From an uncultured Lactobacillus sp. (GTDB lineage: Bacteria; Bacillota; Bacilli; Lactobacillales; Lactobacillaceae), in the NCBI RefSeq assembly GCF_902491705.1, contig NZ_CABUIW010000005.1, positions 1,755 through 65,754 of the forward strand: 64,000 nucleotides of DNA, given 5' to 3'. The position numbers were made by a program, and so were the translations under genes. Below the pieces are notes generated by a model, which had not been told where the DNA came from, ran no database searches, and was given only the letters and a program-made list of their open reading frames with translations. Of the stretch, positions 43,862 to 51,828 are shown in pieces (the first letter of the stretch is position 1; each line of letters starts with the position of its first letter).

Positions 43862-44794
43862 TTAAAGTTCTCCTGCCTTTTTCCAATTATCGATTTTATC
43901 CTGCATTTTTTGATCTGAATACATTGCCTCACGTGCATTAACTTGATCAAGGCCAACAATCTGATTAAATTTACTAAAAGTAATCATATGATTAATTGAA
44001 TCTTTAGTAGAACCATTCTTAAGCAAATCATCGGCAATTTCTTTATCTGAATATACTTGACCATAAGTCAGAGCAGTTGGGTGAGCTGATAATGAAAAGC
44101 CTAATTTTCTTAAATCTTCAAGATCTACCAATGGAGTCTTTCCACCTTCAAGCATATTAGCAAGTAATGGAGTATCTGGAAATTCTTTAACAATACGTTT
44201 TAATTCATCAATATTCTGTGGGGCTTCAATAAAAATAATATCGGCTCCAGCTTCCTTATATAAATGTGCTCTTCTAATTGCTTCATCCAAATCATAAACG
44301 GCTCTAGCATCAGTACGTGCCATAATCATATAGTTCTTGTGCTTTCTTGCATTAAGAGCTGCTTTTAACCGGGCAACCATCTCATCTGCTGAAACAACGC
44401 TCTTATTAGCCATATGCCCACAACGCTTAGGCCACGTTTGGTCTTCAATAAAACAACCAGCTGCACCAATTGCTTCATAGCTTCTAATAGTTCTAGCAAT
44501 ATTTGCAGAATCACCATAACCAGTATCAGTATCACAAAATACTGGAATATTAACTGCATTAATAACTTCACGTGCTTTATTCAGCATAATACCAAAATCA
44601 GCAAATCCACGATCAGGCTCTGCCAAATCACTTGCGTTTGTTGCATAACCAGCAGCATTAATACATTCAAAACCCTCTTGTTCACAGATCTTAGCTGATA
44701 AAGCATCTGGTGCAATTGGCATTGCTACTAAGTGATTAGGTCTATGAATCATTTCATCAAAAGCTTCACGCATTCTCTCGGCTTTATTCTTCAT
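43862..44794 (-). CDS. PEP mutase / isocitrate lyase superfamily C-C lyase (methylisocitrate-lyase / petal-death-protein-like)
   Basis: DTDTGYG, the catalytic loop FIEDQTWPKRCGH (the K[KR]CGH lyase signature), and IMARTDA. The ATG at 44794 has GGGGGA 7 nt upstream. Confidence 0.8.
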   Translation of the reverse strand: MKNKAERMREAFDEMIHRPNHLVAMPIAPDALSAKICEQEGFECINAAGYATNASDLAEPDRGFADFGIMLNKAREVINAVNIPVFCDTDTGYGDSANIARTIRSYEAIGAAGCFIEDQTWPKRCGHMANKSVVSADEMVARLKAALNARKHKNYMIMARTDARAVYDLDEAIRRAHLYKEAGADIIFIEAPQNIDELKRIVKEFPDTPLLANMLEGGKTPLVDLEDLRKLGFSLSAHPTALTYGQVYSDKEIADDLLKNGSTKDSINHMITFSKFNQIVGLDQVNAREAMYSDQKMQDKIDNWKKAGEL

Positions 44795-44812
44795 TGTTAA
44801 ATCCCCCATCCA

Positions 44813-45508
44813 TTAAGCTAAAATATTGCTTAAACTTGTCCGTGCTTGTTCTAGTGCCTTTAAAGAAGAAGCAACTGGAATAATGAAGGCAGGTTTCAAA
44901 TTTTTAGCATCATCTAAAGTCAAATTATCATCGTCTAGTTCTAGACCAACTTTATCGTAGAATGATTCTTTACTTAATTTAGTTGCTTGCTCTTTGTTAA
45001 GTCTTGCCACAACAACTTGCTTAACACCTGCTTTAAGTGCGAGCTTAATACGATCAACTAAGCCATCGTAGCCATAATTAGAAATGCCTTCTAATTTAAC
45101 TAAAACCGTAACATCTGAGTCCTTACTACCATCAATTGCAGCTTCAATCTTTCCAAGCAAACTAGCATCATCATCAGAACCCGATATTTTTTCTGAATGA
45201 GATGGCCATAATTGATCATTCATCATTAAGTAATCTGCTCCAGAACGATCTAATTCAACAGCTGCATTCCACATGCTGAGTGGATTACCAAAGCCAGATT
45301 GTGCATCAGCGATGATTGATTGATCTGTTTCAATTTTTATATCACGTAAAACTTGGGCATATTCTGAAAGAGAAATTAGTCCTTCATTATCGCTACCTAA
45401 TAATGCTTGAGCTACAAGACGGCCACTTAAAAAATAAGTTCTATCTTTTTGCTTAAGAGAATTAACCAAACTTGCAGTACCAACTGCTGGAACAATTCCT
45501 TTTAACAT
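44813..45508 (-). CDS. Degenerate PEP mutase / isocitrate lyase superfamily paralogue (catalytic loop lost)
   Basis: The family scaffold is still recognisable (ADAQSGFGNP matches DTDTGYG; MMNDQLWPSHSEK matches IEDQxxPKRCGH). The Cys/His loop and first Asp are replaced. The stop is 18 nt from the downstream start. Confidence 0.55.
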   Translation of the reverse strand: MLKGIVPAVGTASLVNSLKQKDRTYFLSGRLVAQALLGSDNEGLISLSEYAQVLRDIKIETDQSIIADAQSGFGNPLSMWNAAVELDRSGADYLMMNDQLWPSHSEKISGSDDDASLLGKIEAAIDGSKDSDVTVLVKLEGISNYGYDGLVDRIKLALKAGVKQVVVARLNKEQATKLSKESFYDKVGLELDDDNLTLDDAKNLKPAFIIPVASSLKALEQARTSLSNILA

Positions 45509-45535
45509 AGTTTTATCTCCTTTTTCTTTATATCT

Positions 45536-45549
45536 GGGAAGCGCTTTCT
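45536..45549. promoter_or_regulatory. cre-like / LacI-type palindrome in the 5' UTR of the PEPM-pair operon
   Basis: The minus strand reads AGAAAGCGCTTCCC. It matches all internal specified positions of TGNAANCGNTNNCA and mismatches only the two outermost positions. Confidence 0.45.
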
Positions 45550-45562
45550 CTTTACACCGTTT

Positions 45563-45590
45563 ATTATAGTATAACGTTTTACTTTGTCAA
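45563..45590 (-). promoter_or_regulatory. Consensus sigma-A promoter of the PEPM-pair operon
   Basis: The minus strand has TTGACA (45585-45590), a 16-nt spacer, then TATAAT (45563-45568). Confidence 0.65.
45568..45583. promoter_or_regulatory. 16-bp near-palindromic operator op1 filling the promoter spacer
   Basis: AGTATAACGTTTTACT has 14 of 16 positions self-complementary around a central ACGT. Confidence 0.55.
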
Positions 45591-45677
45591 ATAACTTTTA
45601 AAAAGCTGTAGTATTTCATTAGCGTTAAACACTACAATAGCAATTGATTTGCTATTAATTTTCAGTTTTTAAGATTA

Positions 45678-45693
45678 AGTATTACGTTATACT
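45678..45693. promoter_or_regulatory. 16-bp near-palindromic operator op2
   Basis: AGTATTACGTTATACT follows the same AGTATWACGTTWTACT pattern. Its centre is 110 bp from the op1 centre. Confidence 0.5.
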
Positions 45694-45737
45694 ACATTCT
45701 CGTGTTTCTTTTAACAATAAATGCATGATTTTTTAAC

Positions 45738-45780
45738 AAAAAAAGTCCTCGAAATTAGGAATTACCTAACTTCGAGGACT
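45738..45780 (-). terminator. Terminator of the ASCH gene
   Basis: The minus strand reads AGTCCTCGAAGTTAGGTAATTCCTAATTTCGAGGACTTTTTTT. Confidence 0.8.
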
Positions 45781-45783
45781 AAA

Positions 45784-46164
45784 TTACTCATTATTCAGCA
45801 AGCTTTTTCTCCTTGGAGAATAAATCAATGGCTTTACTTCTGAATCAAATTCTTTTCTACTGATTGGTTTAATCAAATCATCATTGACATCGAAGAGCTT
45901 CAGTTGACCTTTCACATGAATCGGCTTGATCACATTGGCAAGCTCGATGTTCCAATAGTAGAGATCTTCCCATGGAAAATATTGAATGCCAGTTAGATTC
46001 ACGACGCAAAGAGCATAACCAGGTGCCGCACCAGCCACCTTCTTGGCAGTTGAACACATCAGAATCGGCCCGCGATAATTCGTCTTCCATGACCTATATT
46101 CAATTTTCTTTTTGCCAGCGATCATGTCCATGATGTAGTCGCCGCGCACTGATAATGCCTTCAT
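45784..46164 (-). CDS. ASCH (PUA-like) domain protein
   Basis: 126 aa. N-terminus MKALSVRGDYIMDMIAGKKKIEYRSW...YRGPILMC matches the ASCH-domain pattern. GGGAGG SD. Confidence 0.7.
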   Translation of the reverse strand: MKALSVRGDYIMDMIAGKKKIEYRSWKTNYRGPILMCSTAKKVAGAAPGYALCVVNLTGIQYFPWEDLYYWNIELANVIKPIHVKGQLKLFDVNDDLIKPISRKEFDSEVKPLIYSPRRKSLLNNE

Positions 46165-46189
46165 GTATTGCCTCCCGTGTTTTTTTAAT

Positions 46190-46220
46190 AAAAAAAGTTA
46201 GCGATTCTGTTTTGCTAACT
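46190..46220 (-). terminator. Terminator of the AbiH gene
   Basis: The minus strand reads AGTTAGC-AAAACAGAATC-GCTAACTTTTTTT. Confidence 0.7.
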
Positions 46221-46248
46221 TTAATTATTACTTACTTTTTGTCATCAT

Positions 46249-47418
46249 TTAGTTATTTGTTGGTAATATTTCAATTCTTTGTTCTAATATCAATTTATTT
46301 ACAATATTTTCACCGTGAATATTACTTAAAGATAATCCGTATTCTGTTAATAGATTCATTAACAATTTAGTATACTTTTGTCTACTTTCAATTTCATTAC
46401 TTCCTGGGTAGTAATAATATTGTAAAACAGTATTGCTATTATACATATTGTTTAAATCAAAAAGTGTTTCAAAATATGAATAGTCTGCTCTTCCTAATGA
46501 ATGTCCATAAATTGTAATTAAATCAGTTCCTGTGTAATCAACTTTAGATCTAATATTATTTATATTATTGTTTAATAGCCTATATGATTTAGTAAAAGAA
46601 ATTCGCAAATCATTACTATTTTTTATATCATGATTGTCGATGCCGAAAACAGGAGAAGGAATTGTATCAACAATATTTTGAGAATTCTTTGAAAAGAAAT
46701 TTTTCATTGATAATTTATCATATCCAGCTACCCCATGTATATTAGTCCAGCTGTTTATATTTGCTGGTAAAAAACGTTTAGTACTTTCGTTTAATGAATA
46801 ATTGAACGAAATAATATCAACTCGATCATTTTTCCCTTTATACTTTATCAACTTATTAAGCAAATCATTTGCCTTGCTAATGAATTCTTTATTATTAGAA
46901 ACCTGATCATAAATATAGTTACTAAACACCTTTTCAAAAGCTAATAGCGAATGAAATAATACCTTTATTCTTTCTCGATCCCCTGATTCATCTGTATCAC
47001 TCGAACCAGAAAACATTCTTACTATCTTTTCCATAGCAGTATCATGAAAAGAGTATCCTTCACCATAAGGATCTGCTGCGATAGTAATTATTTTAGAAAT
47101 CATATTTTCAATATCATTCCAATTTTCCTGTTCATTATTCATGTACTTTTCAGCGAAAAGGAAAATAATATCCCATCTAGTAATATTTTCATTGTTATAT
47201 TTATTTGCTACTTCTGCAAAATAATCCTTTTTTATATTTACAGATTGTTTAAGTTCATCTTCATTCGTTAAGGCTTTACGTATTTCATCATGATCCTTCT
47301 TACCAAATAGTTTTTCGAATCTATTCTTAAAAAAATCTGCATATCTACTTTTTAATCCACACGCTAAATCAAATCCATTTCCTAAAATAATAATTTGCTT
47401 CTTCATTTTAAATGCCAT
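46249..47418 (-). CDS. abiH: AbiH-family abortive-infection protein
   Basis: 389 aa. N-terminus KQIIILGNGFDLACGLKSRYADFF is the hallmark of the AbiH family. Very AT-rich codon usage. Confidence 0.75.
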   Translation of the reverse strand: MAFKMKKQIIILGNGFDLACGLKSRYADFFKNRFEKLFGKKDHDEIRKALTNEDELKQSVNIKKDYFAEVANKYNNENITRWDIIFLFAEKYMNNEQENWNDIENMISKIITIAADPYGEGYSFHDTAMEKIVRMFSGSSDTDESGDRERIKVLFHSLLAFEKVFSNYIYDQVSNNKEFISKANDLLNKLIKYKGKNDRVDIISFNYSLNESTKRFLPANINSWTNIHGVAGYDKLSMKNFFSKNSQNIVDTIPSPVFGIDNHDIKNSNDLRISFTKSYRLLNNNINNIRSKVDYTGTDLITIYGHSLGRADYSYFETLFDLNNMYNSNTVLQYYYYPGSNEIESRQKYTKLLMNLLTEYGLSLSNIHGENIVNKLILEQRIEILPTNN

Positions 47419-47475
47419 CCTTTTATTTAGAGACTCCTTAGAAAATTAATTTTGGCCGATTGTAAAATATATCTT

Positions 47476-47955
47476 TTATAATTCGGTTTCATCTTTAGAA
47501 GTTAAATCAAAAGTTTTCCAAACCTTAAATACCTTAATTAAATGATTTATAATAGCGAATAAATTATTATATAAGCCATCAGTAGTAACAAAACCAGTTA
47601 AGTATCTATTTGTTGCAAATCAAAATATCTTTCATATCTATTTTTACCCAAATTTACTAATCGACCCACAGATACAAAAAATGGCATTTCCATCAATATT
47701 GCTATTTGTTCCATTAATTGTTGTTCTACTTTTTCATTTTCTATCTGTTTTTTTATCAACGAATTTATTCTTTCAAGCTGATATTCTTTTATAATATTTT
47801 CTTTTACTTCACGTTTAAGCTTTTCAACTTGTGAACTAGACAGTCTCCATTGAAAAAAGCAAATATCGCTATAAGAATCGCAATTAATGCAAAAATTTAT
47901 CCATATTAGAATTAATTTTGCTAATTAATATATTTATCAATTCATTCTTACTCAT
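47476..47955 (-). pseudogene. Frameshifted ORF for a small TM + coiled-coil protein (about 160 codons reconstructed across three frames)
   Basis: The minus strand reads MSKNELINILISKINSNMDKFLH*, then IFALIAILIAIFAFFNG..., then FQWRLSSSQVEKLKREVKENIIKEYQLERINSLIKKQIENEKVEQQLMEQIAILMEMPFFVSVGRLVNLGKNRYERYFDLQQIDT*, then NRYLTGFVTTDGLYNNLFAIINHLIKVFKVWKTFDLTSKDETEL*. Each junction is a -1 frame change. The first two are at T5/T6 runs. Confidence 0.35.
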
Positions 47956-48068
47956 TAATCTTTATCCTATATCACTATTGAAGGTTAACATTTACAAATA
48001 ATTACTTATGAATTTTCTTCATAAACATTCAATAAAAATTCACACAACGTTATACCAGAATTTAATGC

Positions 48069-48890
48069 TTAATACGCATGATACTTTTTTATCTTAATTG
48101 GATGAGTATGACTATGGGCATCCCCATTCCAATTTCTCATTTCATTTATTGAATCAACTATGGTATTAAGACCACTTATTAATTTTTTAGTTCGTTTGTC
48201 TGTTACCTTATCTGCTTCAATCTTATACAATTCAGCAACCTTGTTAAATTTATCTTTAAATTTACTATTTTCAGGTAATGAATCTCCTTTTTTCTTAACT
48301 CCCCATCTTAAAACCTGATCAATCATTGTTTCAGTCTTAGTTAGCGCCGATGAATAGTCTTTCCTATTTATTTCATGATCTATTTTTTTGTATTCTTTTC
48401 GTAACCAATCACTTTTATTTGATGTTAAATCAAAATTTTCAATTTTAAACTGACTTCCCTTGGGTTTTAAGGATACATTATCCCCATTTTTTACAAATCT
48501 ATAATCTGTATCAAAGATTAAACCATTTATTTTATCCAACAATTTAGTTCGATAATTATCCATCATTCTAATAATTTGAGATTCTGGTAAATCAATAAAG
48601 CTTCTTATTAGGTTCCTATCTGAAAAGAAATATGATGCTAATTTATCTAACATATTATTCGCTTTACAGTAGTCTATTAATTCGTCTAAATACATTTGTC
48701 TACTAAGCGATGGTTTATCGTACTCAATTGTCAGACCAAATTCTTCCGCTAAATCACATATTTCAGGTCCACTTAAATACGGAAATTCATTTCTTTCATA
48801 TGAATTTGCCTTATTTGAATAAATATCACCTGATCCTCCAATTAACATTAACTCAACTGAACTTCTTTTTAAAATATCGTATTTCTCCAT
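48069..48890 (-). CDS. Abortive-infection family protein (AbiJ-NTD4-like N-domain + Abi_C C-terminal domain)
   Basis: N-terminal segment ...FPYLSGPEICDLAEEFGL...PSLSRQMYLDELI... C-terminal segment ...INEMRNWNGDAHSH (RNxxxDAH motif of Abi_C). AGGTGA SD. Only 42 nt after the hsdS stop, with no hairpin between. Confidence 0.6.
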   Translation of the reverse strand: MEKYDILKRSSVELMLIGGSGDIYSNKANSYERNEFPYLSGPEICDLAEEFGLTIEYDKPSLSRQMYLDELIDYCKANNMLDKLASYFFSDRNLIRSFIDLPESQIIRMMDNYRTKLLDKINGLIFDTDYRFVKNGDNVSLKPKGSQFKIENFDLTSNKSDWLRKEYKKIDHEINRKDYSSALTKTETMIDQVLRWGVKKKGDSLPENSKFKDKFNKVAELYKIEADKVTDKRTKKLISGLNTIVDSINEMRNWNGDAHSHTHPIKIKKYHAY

Positions 48891-48932
48891 ATTTTCACCT
48901 ATAAAGAAAAAATTTAAAATTAGAAATGTTAG

Positions 48933-50339
48933 CTATATCAGACCGTAAAGTTGTTCTATTTTATTAACAATACGATTTTGCTCTGATAATGGAGGAACTG
49001 GAATTAGTACATAATTAATTTTACTTACTGACAATCCTGGCTGAGCTGTCGAAGTGGAATATTGATTTAAATTTAGAGCACGTAAAAAATAACCTGACCA
49101 CTTAGAGCTTACTTCTGCAAATGTATTTACAATTACAGCATGTTCGGTAGCATAAAAATCTCCTTGTGCCCAATTAATATTTCCGCATAATGCTCCTTGT
49201 CTACCTATCAAAGCAAAGTCACCAGTTTTATTAAAATCTTTTACATATCCTCTAATACCATTTCCTCCAAAACAAGGATATTTATAAATAGCATCTTGCA
49301 CAGATTTAATTTCTGATGATTTTTTATTCTTGCCAGCCTTTAGATAGAAAATATCCCCTAATCTTGCCCATTCCCAACTATCAGGAATATCAAAAGGTTT
49401 CTCGTCATCGGTAATCGGAGGAAGTGGCCTACTCTTCTTGATCTTCTTTTCCTTAACAAGTTCAGCCTTTTCCGCCTTGATCTTTTCAAGCAATACACTT
49501 GCTGGCTCATCATTAGAATCTTGTTTAACCAACTTACCTTCCATTGCGTATTGCAAAATAGATTGCTTCAGCTTGTCGTTGAAATTATCATCAATCTCTT
49601 TCAATCGATTGTATGCTTTAGCATATTGATCAACAAGTGGTAGCATTTTTTCAATCTTAACTACGATACGTTTTTGCTCTTCTAATGGTGGAATAACTCC
49701 TATAGTTTTAGCTACCCTTTCTCTATTTAAGTTTTTTACAGTAGATCCTGTAGCTAATGAAGTAAACTGATTATTTATAAAAGGAGATATTAATAAATAG
49801 TATAAAAAATCTTTATTAAATAGTTTTTTATAATTAGAAATAATTAGCCATCCATCATGAACTGCACCATCTATTTTTAAAATATAAGGTCTTCCAAAAC
49901 TCATGGAATTTGAAAGAATAAAATCTCCTTTATGTACAATTCTCGTCTTTTTTAATCCTTCAGAAATTATTTTTTCTTGAGCATGATTAATATATTTATT
50001 GTTAGGATCAGTATCTCCAATTTTTATCCAATTAATACCATCTTTATCATCTGTAAGGTAATTCTTTATAGGTCTAGGGGATCCGCCACGTAAAATAGTA
50101 AAAGCATCCCCTAATCTTACCCATTCCCAATTATCAGGAATATCAAAAGACTTTTCATCATCAGTGATCTCAGGCAACGCTTTAGTACGTTTAATCTTCT
50201 TTTCTTTGATTAATTGCTCTTTTTCAGCCTTAATCTTCTCAAGCAATACACTTGCTGGTTCATCATTAGGATCTTGCTTAACCAGCTTACCCTCCATTGC
50301 ATATTGCAAAATAGAAGCTCTTAATTGTTCAGGAGTCAT
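48933..50339 (-). CDS. hsdS: Type I restriction-modification specificity subunit HsdS
   Basis: 468 aa. Two variable target-recognition domains separated by repeated conserved coiled-coil regions. The start overlaps the hsdM stop. Confidence 0.9.
   Translation of the reverse strand: MTPEQLRASILQYAMEGKLVKQDPNDEPASVLLEKIKAEKEQLIKEKKIKRTKALPEITDDEKSFDIPDNWEWVRLGDAFTILRGGSPRPIKNYLTDDKDGINWIKIGDTDPNNKYINHAQEKIISEGLKKTRIVHKGDFILSNSMSFGRPYILKIDGAVHDGWLIISNYKKLFNKDFLYYLLISPFINNQFTSLATGSTVKNLNRERVAKTIGVIPPLEEQKRIVVKIEKMLPLVDQYAKAYNRLKEIDDNFNDKLKQSILQYAMEGKLVKQDSNDEPASVLLEKIKAEKAELVKEKKIKKSRPLPPITDDEKPFDIPDSWEWARLGDIFYLKAGKNKKSSEIKSVQDAIYKYPCFGGNGIRGYVKDFNKTGDFALIGRQGALCGNINWAQGDFYATEHAVIVNTFAEVSSKWSGYFLRALNLNQYSTSTAQPGLSVSKINYVLIPVPPLSEQNRIVNKIEQLYGLI
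49353..49562 (-). repeat. hsdS conserved-region repeat, central copy
   Basis: It encodes SILQYAMEGKLVKQDSNDEPASVLLEKIKAEKAELVKEKKIKKSRPLPPITDDEKPFDIPDSWEWARLGD. It is near-identical to the N-terminal copy 753 nt upstream. Confidence 0.9.
50106..50315 (-). repeat. hsdS conserved-region repeat, N-terminal copy
   Basis: It encodes SILQYAMEGKLVKQDPNDEPASVLLEKIKAEKEQLIKEKKIKRTKALPEITDDEKSFDIPDNWEWVRLGD. Confidence 0.9.
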
Positions 50340-51814
50340 TAGTCATCCTCCTCAAGTAACTTCTTAATAGCAGCTAAAGTCTTATCAATCTTTTGATTCA
50401 ATTCAGCTCTTTCTTCCTCATATTTTTGCATCAATTCTTCAGGTGGCAATACTTCCTCAGTTTCAGTAGGGAATCCGCATAAGTCCAAATTGTAGTTATT
50501 ATCTGCAATTTCTTCTGGAGTATAAGCTTTAGACTTATAGTTACCTTTATCGTCTTGGATTTCCTGACGATCACTCCACCAATCTTCAACTGGTTTAAAG
50601 TGTTCCAGCTTCATTGGCTTAGTCTTAGAGAAGTGCTTATATCCTTTAGGCATATCTAAACGATAGAACCAAGTTTCTTTAGTAGGACCAGTCTTATCAA
50701 AGAACAGAATATTAGTATCAATTGAAGTGTAAGGACTAAAAATACTGCCTGGCAATCTAATAATCGTATGCAAGTTAAAGTCCTTTAGCATTCTCTTCTT
50801 TAAATTAATTTTGGCATCATCATTACCAAACAAGAAACCATCAGGCAGAATCACACCAACTCGGCCATTATCTTTAAGGCGATACATAATTAAGGCCAAG
50901 AATAAGTCAGCAGTTTCACTTGTCTGCAAATCACTTGGAAAGTTTTGCTTAATGATTGGCAATTCAGAACCACCAAATGGTGGATTCATCATAATGACAT
51001 CAAACTTATCTTTATCAGTATATTCAGTAACTTTCTTTTCTAATGAATTACCATGAATAATATCTGGATTATCAACATCATGAAGAAGCAAGTTAGTTAC
51101 TGCTAAGATATATGGTTGACCCTTCTTTTCAATACCAAAGACTGCTTCATTGTATTTCTTACGATCTTCAACGTTTTTAACTTGACCTTTCAAGATATTC
51201 AATGCACTGACAAGGAAGCCACCAGTACCACAAGCTAAGTCAGCAATTCTTTCGCCTAATTTTGGCTGCAATGTTCTAGCAATAAAATCAGTTAAAGCAC
51301 GTGGAGTATAGAATTCACCAGAACTACCAGCACTTTGCAATTCCTTTAAGATACTTTCGTAAATATCACCAAATAAGTGACGGTCTTTTGGATCAGTGAA
51401 GTCAACTTCATTAACAACGTTAACTACTTGACGCAATAAGACACCGTTCTTCATGTAATTGTTAGCATCAATGAAAGCATCTTTAACAATTGCCTTACTG
51501 ATTGGGGTATTTGGAGTAACAGTGATTCCTTTTAATGCCGGTAATAAATGATTATTTACAAAATCTAGTAATTCATCACCAGTTAAAGCTTGACCATCTT
51601 TATTATCTTTAGCCCATTCACGCCAATGCATCCCTTCCGGAATGATTGATTCATAATCATCTTGGTCAATCTCCCAAACCATTTCACGGTCATCATAAAC
51701 CTTTAAAAATAGGATCCATGATAATTGTTCAATTCTTTGCGCATCACCATTGATACCAGGATCATTACGCATAATATCTCTAATTCGTTTTACAAATTGG
51801 GTTGTTCCAGCCAT
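50339..51814 (-). CDS. hsdM: Type I restriction-modification N6-adenine DNA methyltransferase HsdM
   Basis: 491 aa. AdoMet motif DLACGTGGFL and catalytic motif NPPFG. Confidence 0.95.
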   Translation of the reverse strand: MAGTTQFVKRIRDIMRNDPGINGDAQRIEQLSWILFLKVYDDREMVWEIDQDDYESIIPEGMHWREWAKDNKDGQALTGDELLDFVNNHLLPALKGITVTPNTPISKAIVKDAFIDANNYMKNGVLLRQVVNVVNEVDFTDPKDRHLFGDIYESILKELQSAGSSGEFYTPRALTDFIARTLQPKLGERIADLACGTGGFLVSALNILKGQVKNVEDRKKYNEAVFGIEKKGQPYILAVTNLLLHDVDNPDIIHGNSLEKKVTEYTDKDKFDVIMMNPPFGGSELPIIKQNFPSDLQTSETADLFLALIMYRLKDNGRVGVILPDGFLFGNDDAKINLKKRMLKDFNLHTIIRLPGSIFSPYTSIDTNILFFDKTGPTKETWFYRLDMPKGYKHFSKTKPMKLEHFKPVEDWWSDRQEIQDDKGNYKSKAYTPEEIADNNYNLDLCGFPTETEEVLPPEELMQKYEEERAELNQKIDKTLAAIKKLLEEDD

Positions 51815-51828
51815 TTAATACTTTCTTT

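Noticed and set aside
47686-47799. 37-codon very hydrophobic + strand ORF (MAFPSILLFVPLIVVLLFHFLSVFLSTNLFFQADILL), reminiscent of a type I toxin
   Set aside because: I saw no convincing SD upstream. It is the complement of the K/E-rich coiled-coil reading on the minus strand, where poly-A/G codons mirror to Leu/Phe codons. It is more likely a mirror artefact of the decayed minus-strand gene, but it is not fully excluded.
48933-50339. Phase-variable hsdS shufflon
   Set aside because: No additional hsdS or half-hsdS copy, inverted repeats or tyrosine recombinase gene is present in or next to the operon. Only direct repeats lie within the single hsdS.
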